Positions 1-14,333 are shown, counted from the first letter of the stretch. The stretch is 64,000 bases of DNA from Octopus sinensis (GCF_006345805.1 NC_042998.1:77810001-77874000), one strand, 5' to 3'. Notes: generated from the sequence alone by a model not told the origin. Program-made: numbers and translations.

Positions 1-94
1 GTGCTGTGTCGATGTTGTCGACTAATTTCTTGTCTCTAAAATTGCTGGCCTTGAGCAAATATTTGAAACCATTATATTGATATTATGTCCACAG

Positions 95-308
95 GGAAGG
101 CGGTGAGCTGGCAAAAACCTTAACACGACGGGCAAATGAGTTGCGACATTTCGTGCGTCTTTACATGCTGAATTCTAATCCCGCCTTTGTCTTTGCCTTT
201 CATCCTTTCAAGGGCGATAAATAAGTACCAGTTGGGCACTGGGAGTCGCTGTAATCGACGTTCTCCCTCTTCGGAAATTACTGCCCTTGTGACAAAACTT
301 AAAACCAG
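95..308 (+). mobile_element. tRNA-derived SINE (family S1, head GGCGGTGAGCTGGCAGAA), with 14-bp target-site duplication
   Basis: Homologous to copies at about 38147, 39528, 44818 and 61563. TATTATGTCCACAG occurs at 81-94 and 309-322. A truncated 3' part of the same family occupies 1-80. Confidence 0.8.
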
Positions 309-2582
309 TATTATGTCCACAGTTTTTTAGATACCAATTTCGCGAAAATCATTTCTAATTGCAAAAGATTTTATGTAGGCTAAAAAAACATTATTAGTTT
401 TGAAGAGAAGTACTTGAAGAATTGTAATTGACTGAAGAGTTTTTATATTGCAAATTCAATTAAAGATTGAGGGCAGAAGGCAGGGGCTTGCTCACTGCTT
501 CACTGAAGGATCGAAATTGGTACAAAACATTCATTCATAGACACTTTTATAATGATGTGCATTTCTTTGAACTGTACATTCTACATTAAAGTTCTTAATA
601 TATTTTCATAATGCGAGTATAGTAACTGCTTAAATTAAGTATAGTAATCAACTTATAGTAAATAACGATGAAGGTCAAATGTAGAATGACGAGAGTAAAT
701 ACTTTCCTTTATTGGAGCGATCAGGAAAGGATAATGTGTTATTCTTATATCAGGTATATAGTTCTAACAATTGCTACAGACTGCATTCTGTTAAATGCAT
801 ACTGTCCGCCCAAAGGTCTTCTTATACAGATTCTACGTATTCAGTTCCATTCAGGTGACTAGCTTCTCTCCAAAGCTATGATATTGTTGTCGTCCCTTCA
901 GTTGCTATAATTACAATTATTTTGTCAGCATTGTGTATATAATTTTATATGTATGAGAGCATATATTCATTTATTTTTCTCATTGCGCTGGGGGTTTGAC
1001 TCTATGGATGTACATTTTAATTAATATAAATTTGTTGTCAACTAATGGTCAAGTAATTCAGTAATTCTTATATCATGTATTTTCTTTTGCCCGCCCCTTT
1101 AAACCTAAATATCTGTTCATTGTGTAGTTAGAATGTTTCTATTGCTTTATCCACTTACCGTTCACCTATCTTTATTGAACACCAACCATTCCATACACAT
1201 GGTTTTAGATATTCATTGCCTGCAATTCCTCGCTACAATTTTTACCCCATTTCGTTCACTTCTTTTCCCAAACATCTGACCTACTTACACAATCTCGTCC
1301 ATCTCTCTCCCTTTTATCTCTCTGTCTCTCTCATGTACCTTGTAATTATCTATACACTAGGGATATTCTATTACGGTTGTCTTTTGTCTCCATTTCTTTA
1401 CTTATCGGCGTGTTTCCCATCTTTATTTCAACATATGCCTTATTTGAAATACTCACTCTTGTTATTCTTCAATTATTTATCTGTCATCATTCCCCTTGCA
1501 CCACAAATATCTAATCTTATCAAACCACTTCTCTTTCTCAGACTTACCAATAAATCTTTGCATTGTTATCACACTACGCTTTCTCTTGCCTATAACCGAA
1601 ACAACAACATTTTCTCACTCTCCCACGCTCTCATACGACATGAAAAGATGCAGAACGTTAATTGATCTAGTTAATTGATCTAATTCAAAATCAAATTGAA
1701 CAATCCCATATTAGAAGAAGCGTCACAATGTGGAAATAAAACCGAAACTACATAACAATGAAGGCGTTGCTTAGTGATTGCGAAGTAAATTCTTCAAATA
1801 CGTCACTCTGCCCACATTCTCTTTTGCTGTACGTACAGCAATTACAAAATTATCTAAAGCTGATATCACTTAACTTTTAGGCAAAAATAATGGCTTCTAA
1901 TCTTGGGGGCAATTCTACATTCCAGAGAGCTACCATTTGTAAACATAACTGAAATTATTGGAATTATATTGATACTAGAAAAAAAATCAGTCAGAACTGA
2001 AAGAAAATGCTTACTGCATACGATAAAATTTACAATAGTCATAAATTTTACATTTTAGCATTAGGAATACAAATTCTATTTTACATAAGATCAAGTAAGT
2101 CGATAGTACTTATCAAACACGTTGAATTCAGATTAGTATTGATCTGATTTGTATAAGAGAATTCAGTCCCATACTGCAAATGTACCCATCAAAATATTCT
2201 ATTGAGTACTTCCTTACTTGTTTTTTCTATATTGATTAATCAAATTGTTTGCCTAAATGTAATCGTTAATATTTCGGTGATAATTCTTTCTACAATAGCA
2301 TCACGCCTGGAATTTTTTAGGAGGATGCTCGCCTGCTACATTGAAATCAGTACGTGACTGGCACTGTTTAACGACCCTGAAGCGGAAGTCGAACACAGAA
2401 CCTAAATACGAACGAAATGCTCCGAAATATTTTACCCAGCGTGCTAACGATTCTGCCATCTTCAGAACGAAGGCTGGGCATAATGCAAACCTAAAAAGAA
2501 ACAAAATATATAATTATTATGTGAATCTCATTGTTGATTTAATTATGTAGTAACAAGTGTATTGGGTATTTAAAATATGACA

Positions 2583-2812
2583 TATTTTGGGTTATCCGAA
2601 AAGTTCGTGCCGATTTTTAAAGGAAAAAAAAAGGTTAATAAATATTTGCCATTACATTTTCAATCAACCAAATATGAACCATTGTGTTGCACAATACGTC
2701 TCCATCTTTCCTTTAACTTGAAAATACCCTCTTCCCAGAATTTAGGTGCCTAGGAGGGTAAGTCGAAAGATAAGCTACTATAAATCAGCTCGAACTTTCC
2801 GGACACCCCAAT
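2583..2812. mobile_element. mariner-like MITE / internally deleted DNA transposon
   Basis: Imperfect ~30-bp terminal inverted repeats (TATTTTGGGTTATCCGAAAAGTTCGTGCCGATTT and AAATCAGCTCGAACTTTCCGGACACCCCAATA) with TA flanks. Confidence 0.6.
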
Positions 2813-3261
2813 ATATTTTATGTACATGACATTCATGTATTGTATGTAAAACAAAATTAGAAATATATGTAAAATATAATATGCAAAAATTTACGACACT
2901 CATATTTGTTAAAATATGTCACAAAAAATATATAATCACAATATCAGTCGATATATTAGATGTTGATAGAAACGGCTGCTCACAATGCGCCTCTTTGTAT
3001 CGTATGGCTTTAGCTTTCGAATGATGCCAGTTTGTCGCAAGGTTATCCATTTACAACTGTGTGGACTGAGGCAACATAAAATGAAATATTTTATGCAAGA
3101 CCACAACACATCGAAGGGCTGGTGATCGAAACAACGATCTAGTGATCGTGAATGCCACATTCTCACCATAGTTATTTATATATGCAACATACTATGTGTA
3201 ATATAGTACATATAAGAGACATTTCTTTCAACTGGAAACACAAGGCATCAAATTTAGGGTC

Positions 3262-3354
3262 AGGGATTAAGTCGATTACAACGACCCCAGTGCGTAATTG
3301 GTACTTATTTAATCGACCCCGAAAGGATGAAAGGCAAACTTGACCTCTGCAGAA
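3262..3354 (-). mobile_element. fragment of SINE family S1
   Basis: Reverse complement of the central S1 segment (…TTTGCCTTTCATCCTTTCGGGGTCGATTAAATAAGTACCA…). Confidence 0.65.
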
Positions 3355-3473
3355 ATTATTTTTTCGTTTCGCTTCTACTCTAATTTCTACAGCGCCCTTA
3401 CAAATACATGAGCGTATTCCTACTTTGGTACACGAATGTCGTACTGTTTTCCTTAGCATATATGCTTAAACTG

Positions 3474-3860
3474 TGGAGGCGCAATGGCCCAGTGGTTAGG
3501 GCAGCGGACTCGCAGTCATACGATCGCGGTTTCGATTCCCAGACCGGGCGTTGTGAGTGTTTATTGAGCGAAAACACCTAAAGTTCCACGAGGCTCCGGC
3601 AGGGGATGGTGGTGATCCCTGCTGTACTCTTTCACCACAACTTTCTCTCACTCTTACTTCCTGTTTCTGTTGTACCTGTATTTCAAAGGGCCGGCCTTGT
3701 CACTCTCTGTGTCACGCTGAATATCCCCGAGAACTACGTTAAGGGTACACGTGTCTGTGGAGTGCTCAGCCACTTACACGTTAATTTCACGAGCAGGCGG
3801 TTCCCTTGATTCAGATCAACCGGAACCCTCATCGTCGTAACCGACGGAGTGCTTCCATCC
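3474..3860 (+). mobile_element. full-length tRNA-derived SINE (family S2) with 12-bp TSD
   Basis: Pol III A-box-like TGGCCCAGTGG and B-box-like GTTTCGATTCC. ATGCTTAAACTG is duplicated at 3462-3473 and 3861-3872. Confidence 0.85.
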
Positions 3861-5114
3861 ATGCTTAAACTGATATTTTTCAAAATCTACATATGATGCC
3901 AATATTCTGGCTTCATATACACCGTTATCAGAAAAATGTTTAACATTCAGCACACATCACGATAACGAATGGTGTAAATATGCAGGGTTCATTTATTTTC
4001 TATGATATTCTTTTAGCGAAGTGTGAACATCCAAGCGTATGAAAGCAAAGAGAGACAAGGCATATTTCCTTCATATATAGTTTAGTAAGTTAAATTGCTA
4101 TGAAACTACCAGTTAACCAAACAGTATTTTTTCCGAGATGACAAACTAGGTGTGACTAATTATTAAATGTGCATGCATTAACACTCGTTGGTTAATGGTC
4201 GTCATAGTTTTTTATTTCGTATTCTAAGCTTCATGATAGCGCACACCTACTGGAACCGAAATGAAATTGGAAGAAAAACAATATACAAAAATGTAGAATG
4301 GTTTTAGAGAAATATTATTGAAAACATCAACTATAAAGTTAAATTTTTTAAAAACATTATTTCCTGATATTCTGTTTTAATATTATAGTTTCTGAGACTT
4401 ATAACCAGGAAATTATATAAAAACACAATGATTTCTTTTGACTAAGTACAAAGTCATATTTGTCAGTTGATTGCACACAATGGTAGTATTTATTATGAAA
4501 AGATACCGCATGAAAAGTGAAAGTCGCTCAAATGTAGGAAGAAGCAATAAATCAAAAAATATTTTAAAACATAGAATAATCTCCCGAATGACTGAAAATT
4601 ATCTCTTTTAGACACAGGATACAAATACTAAATTGTGTAAGTGTATAAAGAGTGCCATTGTAAGGTATTATAATACCAAAGACTAGAGTGAAAAGCATTA
4701 GCAGACGAGTCAACAAAGATAAATTGAATAGCTCAGTTATAGAAAATATACCCCCGAAATATATTTTATTATACCGACATAAAGCGATGATTAACCGGTA
4801 TAAATAGGACATAAAATTTAATATACTTTATTAAAAGTGAAATTTGTAATATTCTCTGATTCTAAGTATCATCTAGAGATCACACAATAAAATAATACAA
4901 TTGTTATTAAATACTATAATCACTGAAATTGGAAATGAGTAGACTAAAACATTGATATCAGACGTTGATTGAGGATGTTTAACGTTGAAAGCCTTTGAAG
5001 TAAACATAAACATCATTTAAATTAAATTGTAATTAAGGTAAACTTCAAAACAAAATAATTAGTTTATACCACCGTCTGCAAATATACACACATACACACA
5101 AACATATACACTCG

Positions 5115-5218
<104 letters not shown>

Positions 5219-5399
5219 GAGCTCTCAAAAGTAACTACCTATGTTAAAAAGAAATGAATTTATAAATTAACTTTAGTACATGAATATATAGACATACGAA
5301 GACGCATACACATTCCACGCATACGATATATATATATATGCATAGATAAATACTATGCATATATGTATGTATGTATGTCATTGTTCGCTATATTTATGT

Positions 5400-5680
5400 A
5401 TACAGCCTGGGTTTCAAGGGCCCACAGCTTTTTAATATTCTCCCAAAGAGTCTGAGGAACTTGCACAAAGTAGATGTAGCGGTTTTTAAATCAAAGCTGG
5501 ATCTCTTCCTGTCGAGAGTCCCAGATGAACCTACCTCACGGCAAGAGGTGCAAATGAGGGTAGCTATATCAATCTCCATTCTTCATCAAGTGCCACATAT
5601 TAGAGGAGGCTCCTGGTAATAACAGTGTAGCACAAAACGGTGGTGCATCAGCATGGCCGCAGCTCTGAGCTGAAATTTAA
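5400..5680 (+). mobile_element. 3' end of a CR1-group LINE (5'-truncated)
   Basis: Encodes SLGFKGPQLFNILPKSLRN…VFKSKLDLFLSRVPDEP, typical of a CR1/L2-group ORF2 C-terminus. The 3' UTR GGTGCATCAGCATGGCCGCAGCTCTGAGCTGAAA is followed by (TA)n. Confidence 0.75.
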
Positions 5681-5704
5681 TATATATATATATATAGATA
5701 TATA

Positions 5705-5764
<60 letters not shown>

Positions 5765-5769
5765 GCGTA

Positions 5770-6430
5770 GTATATAAAACAGGGGACAACTGATGAAGGG
5801 ATTGTACTTAATTTTGCCTGTCTCGTTTTTCTAACAGTTTCTTTCGTTGTTCGAAAAAAGAAAGAGTTCGTTTCATGTTGTTCACTTTTTCTTTTGATGT
5901 CCTGTACCTATATATGCATGTGTATATACATATATGTTTAGGTATGTACATATATGATATGTAGATCTGTACATATAGATACGTAGGCATGTACATATAG
6001 ATATGTATATATATATTTATCTATATATGTATGTACCTCCTTCGCCGTTCTCAAAAAAGCGTTCGTAATATTTTCTCTCGTTTGGCTTAACAGCCTTCCT
6101 TCTCTGTGTTACTGTTATTCTCCTTGTCCTGTCTTTTACTGTTTATATTTTGTACTGTCTTTACTGTACTGTTTTTGTTACCATTTTTACCCCTCCGCAA
6201 AAAATCTCAGGGAAGGAATGTTTCAACGAGGTCGTGTCGCGCCTTGGCCTTCGAAACACGGAGTAGATGAAACAGAGGCGACTGAAGAAGGGAACTTTTT
6301 CTTGTGTTCTATGTCTTGTACTCTATTTTTTCGTTGTTTAAGAAAAATGTCCATTTCCTTGGTTTTGTGTTTATGTTTTCGTTTCTCATTGTTTTCGGCG
6401 TTTTTTTCTTAGTGTCCTGTACCCATATAT
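5770..6430 (+). repeat. two copies of a TA-flanked non-coding repeat (family P2, ending …GTCCTGTACC) with partial hammerhead-like cores
   Basis: 5770-5910 and 6035-6430 are similar to 13150-13390. All contain ACTGAWGAAGGGA and end in GTCCTGTACC before (TA)n. Confidence 0.6.
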
Positions 6431-6644
6431 ATATATATATGCATGTATATATACATGTAGATGTAGGTACGTACATACATGTATGTATATATGCATATGT
6501 TTTATTTATTAATTTGTTTTATATATATTATATATATACATACATACATAAATACGTATACATATATGTATACGCGCGGTTGTTTTGCATCAAGTACAAG
6601 TGCCGATTTTTTTTCAAAATTAGCCAAAAAACTTTTTATCATTA

Positions 6645-6985
6645 ATTAATAAATCTTAGGGTAGCAAAAAAAATTAGAAAAATTCTTTGCTACTAGTTGT
6701 CTAGCGAGAAGAAAAAAATAGTCAATAGTCTATATATATTATTCATCTAAAAAGACAGTGTACATTTAAACATATAAGAGATGGCCACAACAGGACATCT
6801 GACTCGCTAGAAAGAGTAGTTAAACTACAAATCACTACTAGTTGTAATTCTGAAAGGGAATGAAAGATAAAGATATTTACCCTATTTTTCCTGGACTATG
6901 CATAGTTTCAAGCAATCTTTTGTAAATAAAATAATTTACAGTTGGCGAAGCTCTCTTCAGCAGGAAGCTAAGGGTAACATAATTT
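6645..6985 (-). mobile_element. Penelope-like pseudo-LTR element (family P1) carrying a hammerhead
   Basis: Diverged homologue of 11751-12100. Has the same terminal hairpin and 8-bp long-range stem and contains the HHR at 6888-6966. Confidence 0.65.
6888..6966 (-). ncRNA. type I hammerhead ribozyme motif
   Basis: Minus strand reads UUCCUG-CUGAAGA-GAGC…GCUU-GAAA-CUAUGCAUA-GUC-CAGGAA: 6-bp helix I, intact core, palindromic helix III (CUAUGCAUAG), GUC cleavage triplet. Confidence 0.85.
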
Positions 6986-7704
6986 CAATACAAATGATAT
7001 TTGCCAGAGAGCTATACTAAATGCTTTAAGTACGAATAGATACTTGGAATATATTGAAGACTAATACATGCATACATACATGGATGCACACACATACACA
7101 CACACTCACATACACACACACAAACACACACGCACACACACACACACTCACACACATACATATATATATATGTCTATGTGTATGTGTGTGTGTGTGTGTG
7201 TATGTTCACTAACATACAATTATACGCATGTGCAAGCCTGCATGCATGTCTCTATGTATGCAAGAATTTTTATATATGTAAAATTTAGATACAAATGAGT
7301 GTGTATATACGGGACTGCATGTAACATACATGAGTTTTGTATGCAAATGCATGTGTTGATGTATGTAAATGTATATGTATATGTTTAATGTATGCATGTG
7401 TATATATCTTCACATATATGTATTCTTCTATTACTAACCTCTGACCTGTCCTTTAAGTAACCAAACCAATTTCCCCTAATTCTTCATTCCAGCTTTTTAC
7501 TACCCCTATCTTTAACCTTTACCCTCTCATCTCTTTACACTCTCATATCTTTCTCTCTCTCTCTCACCCTCACCTCTTCTTTCCTTCTATCAATTTATCC
7601 TGACTGACTACTAGCCAATACTCTCTCCCTCCTTTCATTTCTTTTTATCTCTCTTTGTATGTACATGACCATAAATGTGTGTATGTAAGTATATGAATAT
7701 GTTG

Positions 7705-7781
<77 letters not shown>

Positions 7782-9897
7782 TGTATGTATGTATGTATGT
7801 ATGTATGTATAAAATCATGTATACCGATGACAGTATATGAGGTATGTACTGAAACCGTAAAATCGTAAAAGAATAAAAGAATAAAGAACACACACATATG
7901 TATATGTATATTTAAAGATAATTATTTCTGTGTTTACACCGAGTGATTGAAAATATGTCTGTATATCGGTGCAGGCGAACAACTCACTTGCAGTGAGAAA
8001 GCTTCATGTAGTGATTGATTAAGCGACTGTGATGGAAAACAGGACATATGAAATTAAATTTTACGAATGGATTGGAAGACAAGTTCGCATCCCACTGGAT
8101 TAAAAGGGCGATATTGCGTCTTTTGTAGACTAAATATGTACAGTTAAAAGTGATAACGAATACTTCTTGTCTATATCTTGACATCTCAGACTTTTAATCT
8201 ATTTTCATATAAAGTGACACGCTTACAATAAGAAAGACAGAAGTTAGGTTTGTCTAAATTATTTTTATAGTTTTGATTTTTATATCCATTAACTAATTTG
8301 CTCTATTTATTTTGTAATTTTATTTTGGATGTTAACGCCCATTATTTTATTTGATATCTTATGGCGTATGTCAACTTGAATTTCTATACTACTCAGTATA
8401 GAGGGAATGTTAAAAATAGAATATTGTATAAAACGATATGAAATTAGGTGTGATCCCAGTAGTTCTATCAATGCCACTCACTTGATGACGTGCGGGAGCA
8501 TAGCTGCTGCGTTATATTTATATGCTACATAAGGAAAACACAACAGCTAAAATATGTTAACAATTCACAGAAATAATTATTGTAATTAGAAATTAAAGAC
8601 TGCTCATTCCATCTTAATGTTTTGTAAATTATAAGAGAAATACCTGTAGGTTAATGTGGAGCATAATATTATCTTCTATACTCACCTCATGCTTTAATCT
8701 AAAGTATTAACATATTGAATACTAAGAACTGAATATTAATATTGGTATATGTAAGGGAATTCATTGGACAAAAACCTAATGGCATTAAACACAGCTAGGA
8801 ATGTCAGATTAACTCTTGACAACTTAATCTGGTGTGCCCACATATAAAACGATGACTTCGCCGGCAGGGCGTGCTCCTGCATTCTCAGACATTTACGATC
8901 TTTCTATTTTCCATATTCACCCATCGTCATGTTGAATATAGCTGTTTGCTATTGTCTCTGAAGTATCCAACAGCAAAAATAGGCCGTATGAGATCGGCTT
9001 GAAAAGCTCAAACTTCAATCCATAAGAGAGAGAGAGATAGAGAAAAAGAGAGTGAGAGTAAGAGAGAGTGAGATAGAGATGGAGAGAAAGATAGAGAGGA
9101 TGTAATTTAATACTGAAAGAGCCATTCAATGACAAAAATAACGGTGTCATAAGGCGTCAAATTTTTCCAGACATATATTTCATACTTGGAAGTACGGTGC
9201 TCTGCGCGATTGCAGAGAGAATAACAATAGTCGGTCACTGTTTATATCCTCTAAAATTTAGAAGCCGTTCATGTCGAAATACGAAGAGTACAAGTGCATG
9301 GACTTTGCGATTCAAAAAGTTTCGAGAGAGATTGTGCGGACAAGGCGCCACTGCAGTATGTCAGTGCCCGGTTTTTGTGCATGAGAATGAATTAATTATT
9401 ACATAAAAACCAATTATCAGTATATTTATTTATTTGCCTTGACATTGGCAACCTGCTGTCTACTACAAAAACCAAACAACTAAATATAGTGTAAACACGA
9501 ATAAAAACATCATTTGTCTCTTTTATGAAGTTGCGAGCGAGATATTAAATATGTAATGATAAAAGTTCATATTTGCGCTTGTGTGTTGGCATAGCCATAC
9601 ATTATTTCCAGCTAGGAATGCCTATGTCTTCAGCTTACAGAAATTGACTGTGAGCAGATGATATTTGATCTGTTAGTACAACATAATGCATAGTTTTCAT
9701 TAAAGTGTGCCTTGGTTCTTTGAACAAAACGCCTCTTCTTCATCTTGAGTATTCATATAACTTATTCGCTCTCTGTCGTAGTCTAACACACACGCATGCA
9801 CACATAAGCCCACATACGCACACAGACGCGCATACGTACTTATATGTATCTATATCTACATGTATATCAATACACACACACACACACACTCATACAC

Positions 9898-9939
<42 letters not shown>

Positions 9940-10048
9940 TTATGTGTATATATAAGTTTAGATACGTATCTATGCATAAGTGTGTGTGCATTTTGTTCAT
10001 GGTTTTTGACGTCCTGTACCCATATATGCATGTATATATAAATACATA

Positions 10049-11230
10049 CACAGACATGCAGGAAGTAAATAGACACCTTTAATTTTCAAAATCTTTTATT
10101 TAATACGTACACGAACAACTGAAATGTACATGCATTTGTATTTAATTCACATTTCCTTTGCAGTTTTTAATTCAGAAACTCTTTTTGGCATTGAACTGAT
10201 AAGTTTTGTGATTGTCTCTTGCGGAATTTCGGCCCACTTTTCACGCAGAAATCGAAGCAGTTCATCGTTAGATTGAGGTTTCTGTCGAGGTGTTCGTATA
10301 AAGCTATCTAGTATGCACCAAAGATTTTCAATTGGGTTGATGTCAGGAGATTGGCTCGGTCAAGGAAGCATTTTGATTCCAATTTCAGTTAGCCATTGTT
10401 GATTCCTTTTCGCTGTGTGCCATGGAGCCCCATCTTCCATGAATAAAAACTCATTTTTCCTTATATTATCGTTTGAATACATCGTAAGTAATCTTTGCTT
10501 AAGTATTTCGATGGATTTATCAGAGTTTATTGTTCCAACACATTCGATCAGCTCAGAACAACCATTGCTGGTGACAGCTCCCTGGGAACTCTCCAAACCC
10601 AAACATGTCCACTGTCTGAAAATAATATAAATCTGAGAAAATCATTCTATCCCAAAATAAACTGGATTTTTCTGACATTTCCTTAGCCCATTTCTTTCTT
10701 TTCATGATATTAATTGGTTGAAGAAGAGCTTTTCTTCTAGCTGCTCGTCCATAATACCCAAGCCTATGCAGATATATAACACACGTTCTTGGACTAACTT
10801 CTTGCGGTTTTACAATGTCAGAAGCCTTTGAACGGGGTTCATTTTCCACAATTCTCTTCAAACAGCGAAGCTTCCTTTCTCAGAGCCCAGGTCGGCCGGG
10901 ACGAGAATCTGTTGATTCTTTTCCTTGGCTTTTGAATTGCACGATAATTCTATTAACAGTAGCAAGAGGAATATGAAAGATTTCGGCAATTTTTCGCTGG
11001 CTAAGACCAGCCTCAGATTGACCAATAATATGACCTCTTTGAAAATCTGACAGTTCTGTTGAATATTTTGTGCGTAGCATGGTTACTCTTTGCAAAAGTT
11101 TAAGATAACGACCCCTTGAATGAAAAATAATAATTACATTGTAAATTCTACACCGCTGAAAGCATATCAAGAGGCTTAGATCAGAAATTTTGAAAATCAA
11201 AGTTGTCTATTTACTTCCTGCATGTCTGTG
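10049..11230 (-). mobile_element. Tc1-family (DD34E) DNA transposon, both ends intact, transposase decayed
   Basis: 44-bp TIRs (CACAGACATGCAGGAAGTAAATAGACA…, 2 mismatches) and TA duplication at 10047-48 and 11231-32. Confidence 0.93.
10150..11080 (-). pseudogene. Tc1-like transposase pseudogene
   Basis: [15 protein letters not shown]…[35 protein letters not shown]…LP*PSQSPDINPIENLW (34 residues between D and E). Split by frameshifts and a stop over ORFs 10880-11200, 10553-10861 and 10360-10602. Confidence 0.9.
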
Positions 11231-11284
11231 TATATATATAGGTATGTGCATATATGTATGTATATATGCACACACATATAAAGC

Positions 11285-11612
11285 GTAAAGACCCCCTTCG
11301 GTCATGAATGACCATGGGATTGCACCTAGAAACTTATCCTCCTAGACACAAGTCCGGGCAAGGTTGTTTATGGAAGGCCAGCAGTCGCCCATGCATACCA
11401 GCCTCCCCTCTCCACGCCACCAGTGTTATCCAAGGGAAAGACAAAGGTCGATACAGCTTGGCACCAGTGACGTCGCAACTCATTTCTACAGCTGAGTGAA
11501 CTGGAGCAACGTGAAATAAAGTGCCTTGCTCGAGAACACAACACGCAGCCCGGTCCGGGATTCGAGCTCACAACCTCACGATCGTAAGCTCTACGCTCTA
11601 ACCACTGAGCCA
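11285..11612 (-). mobile_element. tRNA-derived SINE (family S3, CORE-like central domain)
   Basis: Head TGGCTCAGTGGTTAGAGCGT…GCTCGAATCC. Near-identical to 13545-13888 and embedded in (TA)n. Confidence 0.85.
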
Positions 11613-11654
11613 TATATATATATATATATATATAATATATATATATTATATATA

Positions 11655-11754
<100 letters not shown>

Positions 11755-11973
11755 AATCAATATAGGGTGGCAAAAAATTTTGTAGAATTTTTTGCCACCA
11801 GTGGCCTAGTGGGAAAAAATTAAATAGTCATAGACCATTTTTAAGTTCAACATCACAATCAAGGAACGGCCATAATAGGCCATTCACCCACTAGAAATAA
11901 CAGCCAAAGCTTCAACCGCAAAATAACATTAATTCCGTAAACCAGGAGAAAATTAAAAAACATTTACCCTGTA

Positions 11974-12080
11974 ATTTCTTATACGATGCACCGTTTCATC
12001 TACTGTTTAATGGTAAACTAACCTGATTAAATTAAATCAAGCCAATCTTCCATAGGCCCTTAGATTCGTCAGTAAGAAAT
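11974..12080 (-). ncRNA. type I hammerhead ribozyme motif (left arm)
   Basis: Reverse complement of 12491-12597. Confidence 0.88.
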
Positions 12081-12490
12081 AGCCAGATCGGAACAGATAT
12101 TTTCACGAGGCATTTCTGTCCCTGCCTCGGCAATATCTGACCTAAAATTTTCAAATCATCGCACTCGCGCCAAATTTATCGGCAGCAAATAAATATAAGC
12201 CGCCGATTCCATTACGGAATTAACCAGAAAATTCATAATTAATCAATATAGGGTGGCAAAAAATTTTGTAGAATTTTTGCCGCTGGTGGCAAAAAAATTC
12301 TACAAAATTTTTTGCCACCCTATATTGATTAATTATGAATTTTCTGGTTAATTCCGTAATGGAATCGGCGGCTTATATTTATTTGCTGCCGATAAATTTG
12401 GCGCGAGTGCGATGATTTGAAAATTTTAGGTCAGATATTGCCGAGGCAGGGACAGAAATGCCTCGTGAAAATATCTGTTCCGATCTGGCT

Positions 12491-12597
12491 ATTTCTTACT
12501 GACGAATCTAAGGGCCTATGGAAGATTGGCTTGATTTAATTTAATCAGGTTAGTTTACCATTAAACAGTAGATGAAACGGTGCATCGTATAAGAAAT
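12491..12597 (+). ncRNA. type I hammerhead ribozyme motif (right arm)
   Basis: AUUUCUUA-CUGACGA-AUCUA…(58 nt)…UAGAU-GAAA-CGGUGCAUC-GUA-UAAGAAAU: 8-bp helix I, intact core, 5-bp helix II base, near-palindromic helix III, GUA triplet. Confidence 0.9.
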
Positions 12598-12722
12598 TAC
12601 AGGGTAAATGTTTTTTAATTTTCTCCTGGTTTACGGAATTAATGTTATTTTGCGTTTGAAGCTTTGGCTGTTATTTCTAGTGGGTGAATGGCCTCTTATG
12701 GCCGTTCCTTGATTGTGATGAT

Positions 12723-12777
<55 letters not shown>

Positions 12778-12794
12778 ATATATATCATATTATT

Positions 12795-13390
12795 ATATGA
12801 TCGAACGCCACGCATCCATTTCCAAGTAAGTTTCATTTTAATAATTCTGATGCGCACTCTACAAATATCACTTTTCTTCCCCTTTATTCTACTTTCTGTC
12901 TTTCTTCTCTTCTTCCCTTCACCGTTTTATCTCCCGCTCTCTCCCTCACCCTTCCTCCTTGATTCTCTCGTTGCTCACATGTGATCAGTGACTATCTCCC
13001 CCTTTCTTCCTCTTGCTTCACAAGAGACAAGACATACTTTTACCTGTCTCCTGTCAAGCTCGTTTCTCCAGCGTTCGTCACGTTGTGATGGCTTCAGAGC
13101 CCTTACCGTTTGTTTTTACTGTTTTGTTCTTACCGGCCTGTTTTGTTACAATTTATTTAATTTGCTTTGTGGGACGACTGTTTTAACGAAGCCGCGTCTT
13201 GTCCCAACGTTCGAAATGCGGAGTAGATAAAACAAGAGACAACTGATGAAGGGATTGTTCTGTATGTCGCCTGTCTCGTTTCCTATTTTTTCTTTCGTTG
13301 TTCAAAAACAAAAGTTTGTTTACCATGTTTTTGTTTTTTATGTTCTCGTTTTTTATTTTGTTCATTTATTTTTGACGTCCTGTACCCACA
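12795..13390 (+). repeat. longer copy of TA-flanked family P2
   Basis: Shares TTCGAAA-YRCGGAGTAGAT…ACTGAWGAAGGGA…GTCCTGTACCCA with 6200-6430. Confidence 0.55.
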
Positions 13391-13444
13391 TATGCATGCA
13401 TATATACATATATATGTAGGTATGTACATATACGTATGTATATA

Positions 13445-13509
<65 letters not shown>

Positions 13510-13510
13510 A

Positions 13511-13544
<34 letters not shown>

Positions 13545-13547
<3 letters not shown>

Positions 13548-13888
13548 GGTAAAGACCCCCTTCGGTCATGAATGACCATGGGATTGCACCTAGAAAGTTA
13601 CCCTCCTAGACACAAGTCCGGGCAAGGTTGTTTATGGAAGGCCAGCAGTCGCCCATGCATACCAGCCTCCCCTCTCCACGCCACCAGTGTTATCCAAGGG
13701 AAAGACAAAGGTCGATACAGCTTGGCACCTGTGACGTCGCAACTCATTTCTACAGCTGAGTGAACTGGAGCAATGTGAAATAAAGTGCCTTGCTCGAGAA
13801 CACAACACGCAGCCCGGTCCGGGATTCGAGCTCACAACCTCACGATCGTAAGCTCGACGCTCTAACCACTGAGCCATGCGCCTTCACT
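13545..13888 (-). mobile_element. tRNA-derived SINE (family S3), full length
   Basis: Begins GTGAAGGCGCATGGCTCAGTGG on the minus strand and differs from 11285-11612 at only a few positions. Confidence 0.85.
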
Positions 13889-14139
13889 ATATATATATAT
13901 ATATATATAAGCTCAGGAGAAGTATCCATCATTTGATGATGTACTTATGGCCGGCAGAAAATGTGCCGCACAAATATAAATTTCCAGCATTTCACATATA
14001 ATCAGGAAGAGCGCTAACATTCAACAGAAAAAAATTTTCTACTTCAGCCTGAAACTCAACATGACTTCAAAGAAATGAAAACTCCGAGAATATGGTTTAG
14101 TGTCTCAACCAGATAATATATATGAGGTTTAATACGTAG

Positions 14140-14218
<79 letters not shown>

Positions 14219-14333
14219 GTCTGTCTGTCTGTCTGTCTATCTGTCTGGCTGGCTGGCTGTCTCTCTCTCTGTTTTTATATAAATATGTGAATGTGTGTGT
14301 GTGTGTGTGTGTGCGTCTTTGTGTGTGTGTGTG

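Noticed and set aside
3474-3550. Possible tRNA gene (also 13815-13888 and 16487-16525)
   Set aside because: The tRNA-like heads continue into SINE bodies, with no complete acceptor stem or terminator. The 3474 copy has a TSD and the other two families are multi-copy in the window.
4560-4830. CAGACGA…CGAAA hammerhead-like spacing
   Set aside because: The core is mutated and no convincing helix I or II pairing was found.
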